From a virus (taxonomy: Duplodnaviria; Caudoviricetes): DNA of 59,963 bases. The translations under genes and the position numbers were made by a program. Under the pieces are notes generated by a model. The model was given only the letters and a program-made list of their open reading frames with translations, made no database searches and was not told the DNA's origin. The stretch covers positions 1 through 59,963 of the IMG/VR virus record IMGVR_UViG_3300030104_000859; one strand, given 5' to 3'. Below are positions 28,660-37,891 of this stretch, one piece after another (positions within the stretch are counted from its first letter, which is position 1; each line of letters begins with the position of its first letter).

Positions 28660-28688
28660 TTGACAAGGGTGTTATAGTGTGGTATAGT
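28660..28688 (+). promoter_or_regulatory. sigma70 promoter TTGACA-N17-TATAGT
   Basis: Near-consensus with extended -10. Confidence 0.8.
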
Positions 28689-28730
28689 AGGTATAATAAA
28701 GAGTAGCAATTTCAATAAGTTAGAGGATTA

Positions 28731-28744
28731 TGGTAGCGATACCA
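28731..28744. promoter_or_regulatory. Operator copy 3 (TGGTAGCGATACCA)
   Basis: One mismatch; lies downstream of the promoter at 28660. Confidence 0.75.
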
Positions 28745-28757
28745 GAATGAAAACAAA

Positions 28758-28988
28758 ATGACAAAAGCAAAACAAAATAGATTACGCAGAATTTTTAAGA
28801 GAAAGTATGACTCTGAAAAATATTTTGCTAGAGGTATGACAAAATCTAACTGTCAATCTCAAACAGTCTTGACAAGTACTGGCAAGGCGTGTATATTAAT
28901 GAGTCAAGCCAAGAGTCCGACTGTCTATGCAAAAAGTAGGGGCGGTCAGATGCAATTCTTTGGTAGGACTATAGAACCATTTGAATAG
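28758..28988 (+). CDS. Early hypothetical protein
   Basis: ORF after the promoter and followed by a terminator. Confidence 0.55.
   Translation: MTKAKQNRLRRIFKRKYDSEKYFARGMTKSNCQSQTVLTSTGKACILMSQAKSPTVYAKSRGGQMQFFGRTIEPFE
28869..28897 (+). promoter_or_regulatory. sigma70 promoter TTGACA-N17-TATATT
   Basis: Near-consensus; intragenic. Confidence 0.6.
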
Positions 28989-29035
28989 GCCGACATAAAA
29001 TTTGTAATACTCTGGTCAATGACCATTGTGGATAG

Positions 29036-29072
29036 GCACATAAATACAAAGGTATTTGTGCGTCTTTTTTTT
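29036..29072 (+). terminator. Rho-independent terminator
   Basis: GCACATAAATAC-AAAG-GTATTTGTGCGTC followed by T8. Confidence 0.7.
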
Positions 29073-29082
29073 CAACCAACTG

Positions 29083-29104
29083 ATTATGGTAGCGTTACCA
29101 TAAT
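29083..29104. promoter_or_regulatory. Operator copy 4 (ATTATGGTAGCGTTACCATAAT)
   Basis: Near-perfect 22-bp palindrome. Confidence 0.75.
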
Positions 29105-29253
29105 GAAAGGTAATTAATTATGAGACCGAGCCGATCAGAAGCGGAAAGCATACTAGCCAATGAAGAGAACAAGCGACTGAGAAGAGTTGGTTGGAGTTGG
29201 TTTTGTATATTTCTTTTAATGATTATTGTTTTAATAATAATGAGGGTACAATC

Positions 29254-29544
29254 ATGAAAGTAATGGCAAGAATTAGTTTGGAAAGTTTGCAAATTGCGTA
29301 TGAGGCATTGCAAACTAGTGAAGAAAACAATCGAGACTTTTTGATAGGTAAAATGGATGAAGAAACTTACAGTGATGTAGGAAAGTTATTAAAATTTTGG
29401 GATAAGTTAGCGCAAGATGCAGAAGAAATTTCTAGTAAAGATTATCCTAAAACAGCTAACGAAATTAATCTTCTTCAGCATGATGTTAGAAATCAAATCG
29501 AATTGTTATCAGCAATTAAAGAAATAGGGGATGAAATTGGCTAG
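29254..29544 (+). CDS. Early hypothetical protein (MKVMARISL...)
   Basis: GAGGG SD before the ATG. Confidence 0.6.
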   Translation: MKVMARISLESLQIAYEALQTSEENNRDFLIGKMDEETYSDVGKLLKFWDKLAQDAEEISSKDYPKTANEINLLQHDVRNQIELLSAIKEIGDEIG

Positions 29545-29968
29545 ACAATATCATGGTAAGCGAGTGACTACAGAATGGGCAAAACATCTACGTCCAAAAG
29601 GTAAGCGACAAGCAAATAAAAAATTACGTAAATCATTTAAAATGATAGAGGGGTAGACAATGGAAAAGATATATGATATTGTAGGCGTATTGATTATATT
29701 TGGTTGCGGTTACTTAGCTTTAATTATTTTAGGATAGGAAAATAAAATGGAAAAAGAAGTTCTGATAACATTATATGAGTGTGACTTTTCGGTTAGTTCT
29801 TTTGGATATCATGCGATATGTGAGGAATTAGATATTCAACCAGATGAGGATACTGGTGAGTATCCAAGCCTGATAACTATAAGAGCCGTTGTGTCCTAGT
29901 TTTCCAGTGTGACGACCTAAGAGGGTATGTCGTTAAACTACCCTCACTTTTCTTTAGGAGTTAATATT

Positions 29969-30229
29969 ATGAGTAGCATTACAATAGTAGAAAATGGTAG
30001 AACTGTTTTTGTTGAGTCACCTTATTCAGCATCAACATCAGTGAGATCGAGCTTTCCTACTGATGGTTTGTCTCTAAAGGTAACTAAGAAAAATGTGCGT
30101 ACAGTTGTAAAAGTAGGTGACAGATTTGTTTGGAGATATGTACCTAAGAATGATGTAACGATTACCAAACTTGATGAGAATATTACCAAGACTTGCATCA
30201 ATCATATGTTAAGTGTTGGTAATGGCTAG
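29969..30229 (+). CDS. Early hypothetical protein (MSSITIVENG...)
   Basis: AGGAG SD before the ATG at 29969. Confidence 0.6.
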   Translation: MSSITIVENGRTVFVESPYSASTSVRSSFPTDGLSLKVTKKNVRTVVKVGDRFVWRYVPKNDVTITKLDENITKTCINHMLSVGNG

Positions 30230-30269
30230 TTTAAATGAGGGGGAGATAAAAAGTATTTCCCCCTCATTC

Positions 30270-30283
30270 TGGTAGCGCTACTA
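30270..30283. promoter_or_regulatory. Operator copy 5 (TGGTAGCGCTACTA)
   Basis: Flanked by CTCATT/AATGAG; abuts the SD of the next gene. Confidence 0.7.
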
Positions 30284-30300
30284 TAATGAGGAGTAGTAAT

Positions 30301-30888
30301 ATGTACAAAAGACATCAACGAGCCATAGCTAGATGGGCTAAGAAATCACCCAACAATTCTATATGGGTGTCTGCTATGGTCTTACTATCTATACAGCAAC
30401 AGTGGGATCAGATAGGTAAACAACTACTTGATCTAAAACAAAATGGGCTGGACTGTAAGTATTTCTTTGGAGCTAAGAGAAAAGGTTGGGAATATATACT
30501 AGCCAATAAGAAGGAGCTACATCAAGCTATCTATAGTAAGACTATGGGTACGCCTGAGAAACTTATGGTCTTGGCTAGTATCCCGAACATTGATCTAATC
30601 AAAGCTGGTTTTATATTACAGTTATGTATCGGCAAGGTAGGCTGTCTTGATGTACATAACCTAAGAAGGTTTGGACTGAAGCCACAAACATTCAAAACCT
30701 ATGGATTAAAGTATGATACAGCATTAGGTAAGGCTCGACTATATGAGAAAGTGTGCAAAGATTTAGGAGGCTCAGAGTATCTATGGGATAGCTGGTGCGA
30801 TCTATTAGCTGAGAAGTATCCTACTAAATATAGGAATGGTAATCATGTGTCAAAACTACATCTTGATTACTTAATGATTGACAAGTAA
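30301..30888 (+). CDS. HhH-superfamily DNA glycosylase-like protein
   Basis: 'LASIPNIDLIKAGFILQL..GKVGCLDVHNLR' resembles HhH + K...D-x-H of OGG2/EndoIII-fold enzymes. Confidence 0.5.
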   Translation: MYKRHQRAIARWAKKSPNNSIWVSAMVLLSIQQQWDQIGKQLLDLKQNGLDCKYFFGAKRKGWEYILANKKELHQAIYSKTMGTPEKLMVLASIPNIDLIKAGFILQLCIGKVGCLDVHNLRRFGLKPQTFKTYGLKYDTALGKARLYEKVCKDLGGSEYLWDSWCDLLAEKYPTKYRNGNHVSKLHLDYLMIDK

Positions 30889-30899
30889 AGGAGAAAAAA

Positions 30900-32233
30900 A
30901 TGACTGAATATGTAAACGATATTATAGAAGAAGATACAATAAAATGTAATGTATGTAATAAAACTTTTAACACAGATACAATTACATTAGATGAGTACAA
31001 TTTTTCTTGGGACGGATATGTCACCACAGATTGTTGCAGTGAATGTTCAGATAAAGTTTTACAGAATGTTGGATAGTAAAGGAGATGAGTATGAGTAATA
31101 TATACAACGAAAGAATACTAGAAGATTTATTTGATAAGCATCTTGAGATAGTCGAAAGAGATTTTGATTTGCCTGAGATGATAAGAGAAACTATAGCTAG
31201 AGCTAGAGCTAGAGCAGAGTATGAGGAGATGGAATAATGAATGAGTTTAATTATGAAGGCTTTGTTAGATGGAAAAATTGCATTGAGATGATGTATGATT
31301 CTGGATTGCCTAGCTGGTTTTACAATGACAAGGAATGTCGAGCCGAATATATTAGACAATTAGATAATCCAATGTTTGTAACTGAGGAGTAAATACTATG
31401 ACCGATAAAGAAATATTAGATACACTAGATGGATTGTTGGATGAGCTAGACTATAGAAAGATACTACCCAATAAACAATACAAACAAATGGATAAGGCAT
31501 TTGTTTATCTTGAGAAAATATTAAATGAGAAGGAGATAGAGAATGAGACTACCTGAAAATACTTTCTGGTTACTAATAGGAATAGTAATCATTATGTTAC
31601 TGATGATACCAATATTAAATTATGGAGGATACTATGGCTGAAGCATACCACGATCTTAAAAAATTATACTTATCAATACTAGAAATCAATAAAGAAAAAG
31701 ATAATAAAATCAAACTATTAGAGAAAGAAGTTAAGACATTACAAGGACAGTTACAAGAACAATACAAAGTAAGACAAGAAAGATATGATGAGAACAATAA
31801 GTAAGACATACCATTACGCAGACGGATCATTAAATTAACCAATCAAAGGAGAATAAAATGAGTGCCAATATAAATATACATAGAGTTGAAGATGTAGAAA
31901 TTACCCATTCAATAAGTAAGTATACAGATAGTTATTATACAGATATAGTAGTTACATCTGTTGATGGATCACGAATTAAGTTTGAATTGTTTAGTGATAG
32001 TGCATTAAAAATTAAGGAGAAAACAGATTATGAAGTTTAGATATCCAGAACAAGTATATAATTTTATAAGCAATCCAACTGATGCTTGGACAGCACCTAT
32101 GGTGGAAGCCTATGTAGAAGATGCTGGTCTTGAGTGGGGAGAAGAGTTCGATATTGATGAACTCAATGAGTGGATAGCATTGGAACAACAATCAATTAAG
32201 GAGGGCTATGAGAAATATCTTGATAATGAGTAG
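30900..32233 (+). other. Run of small, tightly packed early ORFs (including 31622..31804, 31858..32040 and 32030..32233)
   Basis: Successive GGAG SD + ATG units with overlapping stops. Confidence 0.6.
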
Positions 32234-32271
32234 ATTATATGTTATAATTAACTGTAGAAAAGGAGAAGTAT

Positions 32272-33186
32272 ATGTTTGACCATGACAAAATAAACTTTGA
32301 AGTAGAGAAGTTTCCTCTGGTAAATCAGTGGACTGAGGAGCTTGGGTATCATAAAGAAGATACAATACCAAAAAGTATTGGTATGGGTATCAGACGTAAG
32401 GATACTAAGGAACCTTTAGGTATAGTATCACAAGACTATTTCCCTGTACAATATAGAGAGATAGTTGATGGTGTAGAACAAGCCTTGAGAAGGGCAGAGC
32501 TAGACCTAAGTGATGCTGAGTTTACTACTAACGTATGGGATAGAGGAGGAAAGCTAGAGTTAAGAGCTAAGTTTCCAGCCCATATACAGAGCTTGGGTAC
32601 TAATCATGATACGATTATACCTGAGTTTGTATTTAGAACTTCCCATAATAGAACATGGGCTAACTCTGGTATGATGGGAGTATGGAGAACTTTCTGCTAC
32701 AATACCCTAGTTACTGGTGATAAGCTGGCTCATGTCTATGGTAGGCACACCAAGAACTTTGATGTAAGTGCTTTTGCATCTAAGGTTAAGAATGCTGGTG
32801 AGTTTATCAGTGGCTCTGGTCTTGATACAATGAGGGATTGGTATGATACTAAGATAACAAGAGAGGAAGCTATTAATCTCTTTACCAAAACCCTAGCACA
32901 ACGTACTGATAATGTGACCAGAAAGAAGGTAGCCAATAAGGTTATGCTCTCTAATCTTATGAAAATATTTGATGAAGAGAACAGACACCTACATGGCAGA
33001 GGAATGTATGAAGCCTATGGTACTAGAGAAGAAGGTACACTATGGTCTGCATACAACTCAGCTACACATTGGTCTTCACACCCTGAGAATAGCAAGGGTA
33101 AGGCTCACAATGTGAAGGTAGGTAGAGAAGATAAGGTCAGAAAGATGCTTGCTTCTCCTGAGTGGAAAGAACTGGAGGTAGCATAA
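32272..33186 (+). CDS. DUF932/DUF945-family phage protein
   Basis: 'LGIVSQDY.PVQ', 'SHN', 'R.FC.N.L', 'HT', 'GTLWSAYN..T.W..H' motifs. Confidence 0.75.
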   Translation: MFDHDKINFEVEKFPLVNQWTEELGYHKEDTIPKSIGMGIRRKDTKEPLGIVSQDYFPVQYREIVDGVEQALRRAELDLSDAEFTTNVWDRGGKLELRAKFPAHIQSLGTNHDTIIPEFVFRTSHNRTWANSGMMGVWRTFCYNTLVTGDKLAHVYGRHTKNFDVSAFASKVKNAGEFISGSGLDTMRDWYDTKITREEAINLFTKTLAQRTDNVTRKKVANKVMLSNLMKIFDEENRHLHGRGMYEAYGTREEGTLWSAYNSATHWSSHPENSKGKAHNVKVGREDKVRKMLASPEWKELEVA

Positions 33187-33477
33187 TGGAATACACAATA
33201 ATATCATCAAAAGTTCTTATTGAGTGGAATGATAATCCTAAAATGGAAACTGTTAATCACGATATGCCAGATGATTTAGCACAGCTATTTGATGAATGGT
33301 TGTCGAGCATTGAATATGAAAGGAATGCAACATGACATTAGATAAAATGGTACTTAATCAAATCGAAAAGGACATAAATGAAAGAGAGGCACAACCTCTT
33401 GAACTCTTAATAGAAGAGTTAGTTAAGTTAGATAATGACCAAGTTACTGCTATCTTAACTTCATTTTTGTCAGAAGC

Positions 33478-33633
33478 ATGAACTGCTGGCATTGTCATAC
33501 TCGACTAATCTGGGGTGGTGATCATGATATAGAAGAAGAAGATGAGAACTATAGCATGGTCACTAACCTCAGTTGTCCTAACTGTGAGTGTATCGTAGAC
33601 GTATACTATCCAAAGGAGAAAGAAGATGGGTAA
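33478..33633 (+). CDS. Small Zn-ribbon protein (MNCWHC...LIWGGDHD...LSCPNC)
   Basis: Manual translation; two CxxC motifs. Confidence 0.6.
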   Translation: MNCWHCHTRLIWGGDHDIEEEDENYSMVTNLSCPNCECIVDVYYPKEKEDG

Positions 33634-33797
33634 AATTAAAACAATTAATGTGTCAGATAAGATAAGTAAGTATGAAGCAGAGCAGATCAGTGAGATGGTT
33701 CTGAATGCTCTTATAAATTTTGGAGTAGAAGTAGGAGAAGATCCTGAGTTCTCATGGGATCTTGAAGCTGAAGTATGGATAGAAGGAGGTAAAGTAG

Positions 33798-34049
33798 ATG
33801 AGTAACTTAATAGTGCCTGATGCAGACGAAATAATTATCAAAGGTTACAGAGAATATCTCTCTCGTTATGGTTGGAAAGAGATGTCTACTTCTAATGGTA
33901 ATGCATGGTTCGGTGGCAAAACCCACACCACACTAGCCGATTACTTACCAGAGGAAGCTCTTAAATATAATCTCGAAGACATAGACTTTGTGGTCTGTGG
34001 GTGGCAGTACAGTGGAGATCCCAATGAGGAGGAAGAAGATGGAGTATAG
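33798..34049 (+). CDS. Hypothetical protein
   Basis: GGAGG SD. Confidence 0.6.
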   Translation: MSNLIVPDADEIIIKGYREYLSRYGWKEMSTSNGNAWFGGKTHTTLADYLPEEALKYNLEDIDFVVCGWQYSGDPNEEEEDGV

Positions 34050-34353
34050 AATACTGCCACGTTCTGAAGTAAGAGAGATGGTTAGAAACTTTGTCATTGA
34101 TAATAATATCTATGCAAAATATGGCAAAGATAGTGAAGGTTTGTTTCAAGTAAACTTTGTAGTAGAAGAGGAGACAGAAAATGGTATGTAAAGAATGTGA
34201 CAATTTTGATGTTACAACATCACAGAACGAGTTTAATAAACTTTTGTGTGATGACTGTTACACAGAATATCGACACACCTTGCAGAATATGTTTGATCTT
34301 AAGGACTTGTTTGAGGTTGACGATTTACTATCCAACATCAACAGGAGTAAGCC

Positions 34354-34659
34354 ATGATTGATAAGCAATTAATCATAGAAAATTTAAAGAATGTATTTGA
34401 TCCAGAGATACCCTCTGCTAGTCTATATGATCTTGGATTGATCTATGATATTGCTATCAATGAGAGAGAACATGAAGTAACTATAACCCATACATTGACA
34501 AGTGCATTCTGCCCATTTGCAGATGAGATTGTTAATGATATACAAAGGGCTGGCTATGTACCAGAAGTTATAAGTGTTCTTATTAATACAGTATTTGACC
34601 CACCATTTAGTATGGATATGGTTCCAGAAGAAACAAAACTAATGTTAGGATGGATGTAA
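34354..34659 (+). CDS. sufT: SufT/DUF59 (MIP18 family) Fe-S cluster assembly protein
   Basis: 'VFDPEIP..SLYDLGLIY...TLTSAFCP...FDPPFS.DM..E.KL.LG' DUF59 signature. Confidence 0.85.
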   Translation: MIDKQLIIENLKNVFDPEIPSASLYDLGLIYDIAINEREHEVTITHTLTSAFCPFADEIVNDIQRAGYVPEVISVLINTVFDPPFSMDMVPEETKLMLGWM

Positions 34660-34660
34660 A

Positions 34661-34849
34661 ATGATTGAACCACTAGGTACAGTGTACCCAACTACACCTA
34701 TAACAGTGTATTGGGAGAATAGAATTAGTGCTGGCTCAGAAGCTAGAATGATTGCTGTTGCAGATGATCCTCATGTCGTGTATAATAGCAAAGGTGAATT
34801 AATATTAGTTCCTGATGGATCATGGGGTGTAGGATCTGTCTATGCATAG
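34661..34849 (+). CDS. Hypothetical protein
   Basis: ORF within the operon. Confidence 0.5.
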   Translation: MIEPLGTVYPTTPITVYWENRISAGSEARMIAVADDPHVVYNSKGELILVPDGSWGVGSVYA

Positions 34850-34858
34850 GAGATAAAA

Positions 34859-35206
34859 ATGTATTCTAATATAGATAGTAAAGAACTTTTTAATATTGTT
34901 CTAGGTGACTTACAGATGGTGATTGATGGTGAGCTAGACTGTCTAGGTAAAGAAGAATGCCAGCCAATGCTAGAACTACTAGAAGAGATACGTAACAGAA
35001 GTCCTCATCTGGACTCAAGAATACCAATCAATCGTAATGATCTTGAATTAAAGAGAGGAGACTTTGTTGAAGATAGAGATGATGACGTAAGAGGGTCAAT
35101 CCTTTTTATAAATGATAGTCACCTATGGTTGTTCGACCATGACAAAGACAATCAAGTTAAGTATGAAGCAAAGAACTATGACAGATTAAGAAAGGCTAAA
35201 CCATGA
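34859..35206 (+). CDS. Hypothetical protein
   Basis: AGGAG SD. Confidence 0.6.
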   Translation: MYSNIDSKELFNIVLGDLQMVIDGELDCLGKEECQPMLELLEEIRNRSPHLDSRIPINRNDLELKRGDFVEDRDDDVRGSILFINDSHLWLFDHDKDNQVKYEAKNYDRLRKAKP

Positions 35207-35378
35207 TAGACTGTAAAGAATGTGGGGAAGAGTTATACTTTCCTGCTATAGTAGACTCAAATGATAAGGTAGTATCTGTTGATACCACCCACGCAAAGTG
35301 TAGTAATGATACCTGTTCTCTAGGTCAAGAGTTTGTAGATACAATTAGAGTAATAGCTATTAACTATTAGGAGATATC

Positions 35379-35882
35379 ATGAATATATTTTACTTAAGCG
35401 ATTACCCCCATCTGTGTGCTGAATTTCATTGCGACAAGCACGTTGTTAAAATGATACTTGAAACAGCCCAGATGCTTTCGACTGCACACCATGAGCTAGA
35501 TGGTGAAAATGCAGTTGAAGGTATATATAAATCAACACATAAAAATCACCCGTCTAATATATGGGTTAGAGAAAACTATGGTAACTATCAGTATACATGG
35601 GAGCTTTTATATCATTTATTAGAACAATACAAAATAAGATATAAAAAAACTCACGCAACTCACCGACTACTTGATCCTTTAAGCATTCGCCCTAAAAATA
35701 TAAGTGGTATGCCAGTGCCTACCGAACCTCCCCAATGTATGCCAGATGAGTACAAGGTAGAAGGTGACAGCATACAAGCCTATCGTAATTATTATATGGG
35801 AGAGAAATCATACTTTGCTAAATGGAATTACACAACACCACCTAATTGGTGGCAACCAAAGGAGATAGTAAATGGCAGATGA
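35379..35882 (+). CDS. Pyrimidine-dimer DNA glycosylase / endonuclease V-like family protein
   Basis: 'MNIFYL.......A..HCDKHVVKMILETAQMLST', 'THKNHPS..W' and 'PQCMPDEYK...AYRNYY' motifs. Confidence 0.75.
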   Translation: MNIFYLSDYPHLCAEFHCDKHVVKMILETAQMLSTAHHELDGENAVEGIYKSTHKNHPSNIWVRENYGNYQYTWELLYHLLEQYKIRYKKTHATHRLLDPLSIRPKNISGMPVPTEPPQCMPDEYKVEGDSIQAYRNYYMGEKSYFAKWNYTTPPNWWQPKEIVNGR

Positions 35883-36057
35883 AGAAGTAGAAGTACAAGA
35901 ACCTGATGAAAAAGATTTAAGGATCAAGGCTCTTGAATCAGAACTAGCACAGCATAAGAAGCTGTTTGATTTACATAGGGCTGTACTAGAACCTTATGTT
36001 AGTAAGATAATGAAAGACATAGTGTCTAAACTAGAAATCAATTTAAAGGAGAAGTAA
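35872..36057 (+). CDS. Hypothetical protein
   Basis: AGGAG SD. Confidence 0.55.
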   Translation: MADEEVEVQEPDEKDLRIKALESELAQHKKLFDLHRAVLEPYVSKIMKDIVSKLEINLKEK

Positions 36058-36213
36058 ATGAATAAGAAAATGAAAAGAGCAAGAACAAGAAAGGGTACTT
36101 ATAAAGCTGACAATCCTAAGACCCCGACTATTAATGAAGCATATGTAGCTAGTATTCTGGAGGGTTATCAGAATACAATGAAAAAATACTTTACTCTATA
36201 CTAGGAGATATAA

Positions 36214-36564
36214 ATGAGTGTCATTGAAGGAAAGGTATGGGGCAGCACTGAGCCTATACTACAATCACCAGCAGTAGAGATACATAGGATTAAGGTAGAT
36301 ACAGGTGGGTATTGTTCTCAACATAAACACCAATCAAAGATCAATATGTTCTATGTTATCTCTGGTGAGTTAGAGATCCAAAGATGGAAAGACTATGGAC
36401 TATGTGATAGCACACATCTGTTTGCTGGTGATACGTCTATTGTACCAGCAGGTGAGATGCATAAATTTATAGCACATCAATACACAGAAGCTCTTGAGAT
36501 TTATTGGGCTGAGTTGAATCACCATGACATCATAAGAGAAAATGTAGGAGGAGTAGGAGAATGA
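36214..36564 (+). CDS. Cupin (mannose-6-P/lyxose isomerase-like)
   Basis: 'KVWG...CSQHKH..K...FYV.SG.L...VPAG..H.F...ALE.Y......DI.R' motifs. Confidence 0.75.
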   Translation: MSVIEGKVWGSTEPILQSPAVEIHRIKVDTGGYCSQHKHQSKINMFYVISGELEIQRWKDYGLCDSTHLFAGDTSIVPAGEMHKFIAHQYTEALEIYWAELNHHDIIRENVGGVGE

Positions 36565-36861
36565 TATTTTTAATATGTTTACTCATAACTACTGGCCCAG
36601 TTTTGCTGGATGTAGCAGATGTAATACTTTATACAGGAGGGTAACATGGATTTAATTATACTATTACTAATTCTATTAGGAGGTTAGAATGTCCTTTATA
36701 ATTGTACACGTACCTATACCTAGTGATATAGAGTCATACTCTTGTATGCCTGATGACACAGGGGAGGGTATTGAATACTTTGAAACATCCCATGAGGCTT
36801 GGGAATGTTTAGAAATTATGGGATTAGAATTTGATAAAGACTTTAAAGTGTTGAGGGTACA

Positions 36862-37341
36862 TTGAAATTTATAATTAGTATTATACTTATGACATTTGCT
36901 TTCATACCTATGGCAAAGGCAGATGAAAATGATTTTACTTGTTTGGTTGAAGCTATATACCATGAAGCTAGATCAGAACCACTGATGGGAATGATAGCTG
37001 TAGCTAATACCATACTCAACAGAGTGTATAGTAAGAGGTATCCTAATACTATATGTGGTGTAGTACATCAAGGAAAATATTGGGAGGGACATCCAGTAAA
37101 AAATAAATGTCAGTTCTCTTACTGGTGTGATGGTAAGCCTGAGATGTTTAATGATATGGTATCATTAAAAAAATCTATTGCCGTTGCAGAAATGTCACTG
37201 ATGGGTGTAGTAATGAGGGATACCCTTAACTCTACACACTATCATGCTACCTATGTCAAGCCTGATTGGTCTAAAAAAAGTAGGTTTATTAGACTAGATA
37301 AAATAGGTAAGCATATATTCTATCTTGACAAGGGTAAATAA
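36862..37341 (+). CDS. SleB-like cell wall hydrolase (Hydrolase_2) with signal peptide
   Basis: 'CL..AIYHEARSE..G..AVA...LNRV...YPNTICGVV.Q...CQFS.CDG...HYHA.YV.P.W...IG.HIFY'. Confidence 0.9.
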   Translation: MKFIISIILMTFAFIPMAKADENDFTCLVEAIYHEARSEPLMGMIAVANTILNRVYSKRYPNTICGVVHQGKYWEGHPVKNKCQFSYWCDGKPEMFNDMVSLKKSIAVAEMSLMGVVMRDTLNSTHYHATYVKPDWSKKSRFIRLDKIGKHIFYLDKGK

Positions 37342-37353
37342 TTAGTGTATAAT
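37325..37353 (+). promoter_or_regulatory. Consensus sigma70 promoter TTGACA-N17-TATAAT of the replication operon
   Basis: Perfect consensus. Confidence 0.85.
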
Positions 37354-37548
37354 ATTACTTATATTATTACTTAAATAGATAATTACTAAGGTATAATTAT
37401 ATGACTATAAAAGATATAGATATATTATTAAAACAAATTAATATATTAAAACAACATCTAAAAGAAAGAGATGATACAATAATAAAACTTAGAGATGAGT
37501 TGTCTATTGCACAACAAAATAAAGCAAACAAAGAATGGGTAGAATTAG

Positions 37549-37891
37549 ATGACTAAAAATTTATGGCAGAAAGAAAGAAAATATTTATTTAATGATCTTG
37601 TTAGACAATACAGAGAGGAGGGGTATACACAAAAGGAAGCAAAGAAGTTAGCTAAACAAGAAATAGATGAGGTCATGGAGGATAAAGAAGCTTTTGTACA
37701 TAACTTATGGAAGGAGTCTTATACTGATGTCTGAATGGGAAGTCTATCTAGAAAAACCAAACAAGAATATTTCTGTTGGTTTGTTTAGTAACAAGAGAGA
37801 AGCAAAAGATGAGGTCAAGTATCGTTATGATCTCTGTAAAAACATGAGGGTAAATACTGATCCCCGATATAAAATACGAAAGGTAAACTAA
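37549..37891 (+). other. Two small hypothetical ORFs before the primase (37549..37734; ~37727..37891)
   Basis: ORF track and overlapping start/stop codons. Confidence 0.5.

Noticed and set aside
27788-30290. Repeated palindromes as a CRISPR array
   Set aside because: Spacing is irregular (190-1200 bp) with genes in between; there is no cas operon, and the Cas4-like gene is an ordinary phage exonuclease.
31195-31215. (GCTAGA)n microsatellite
   Set aside because: It simply encodes Ala-Arg repeats in a small ORF.
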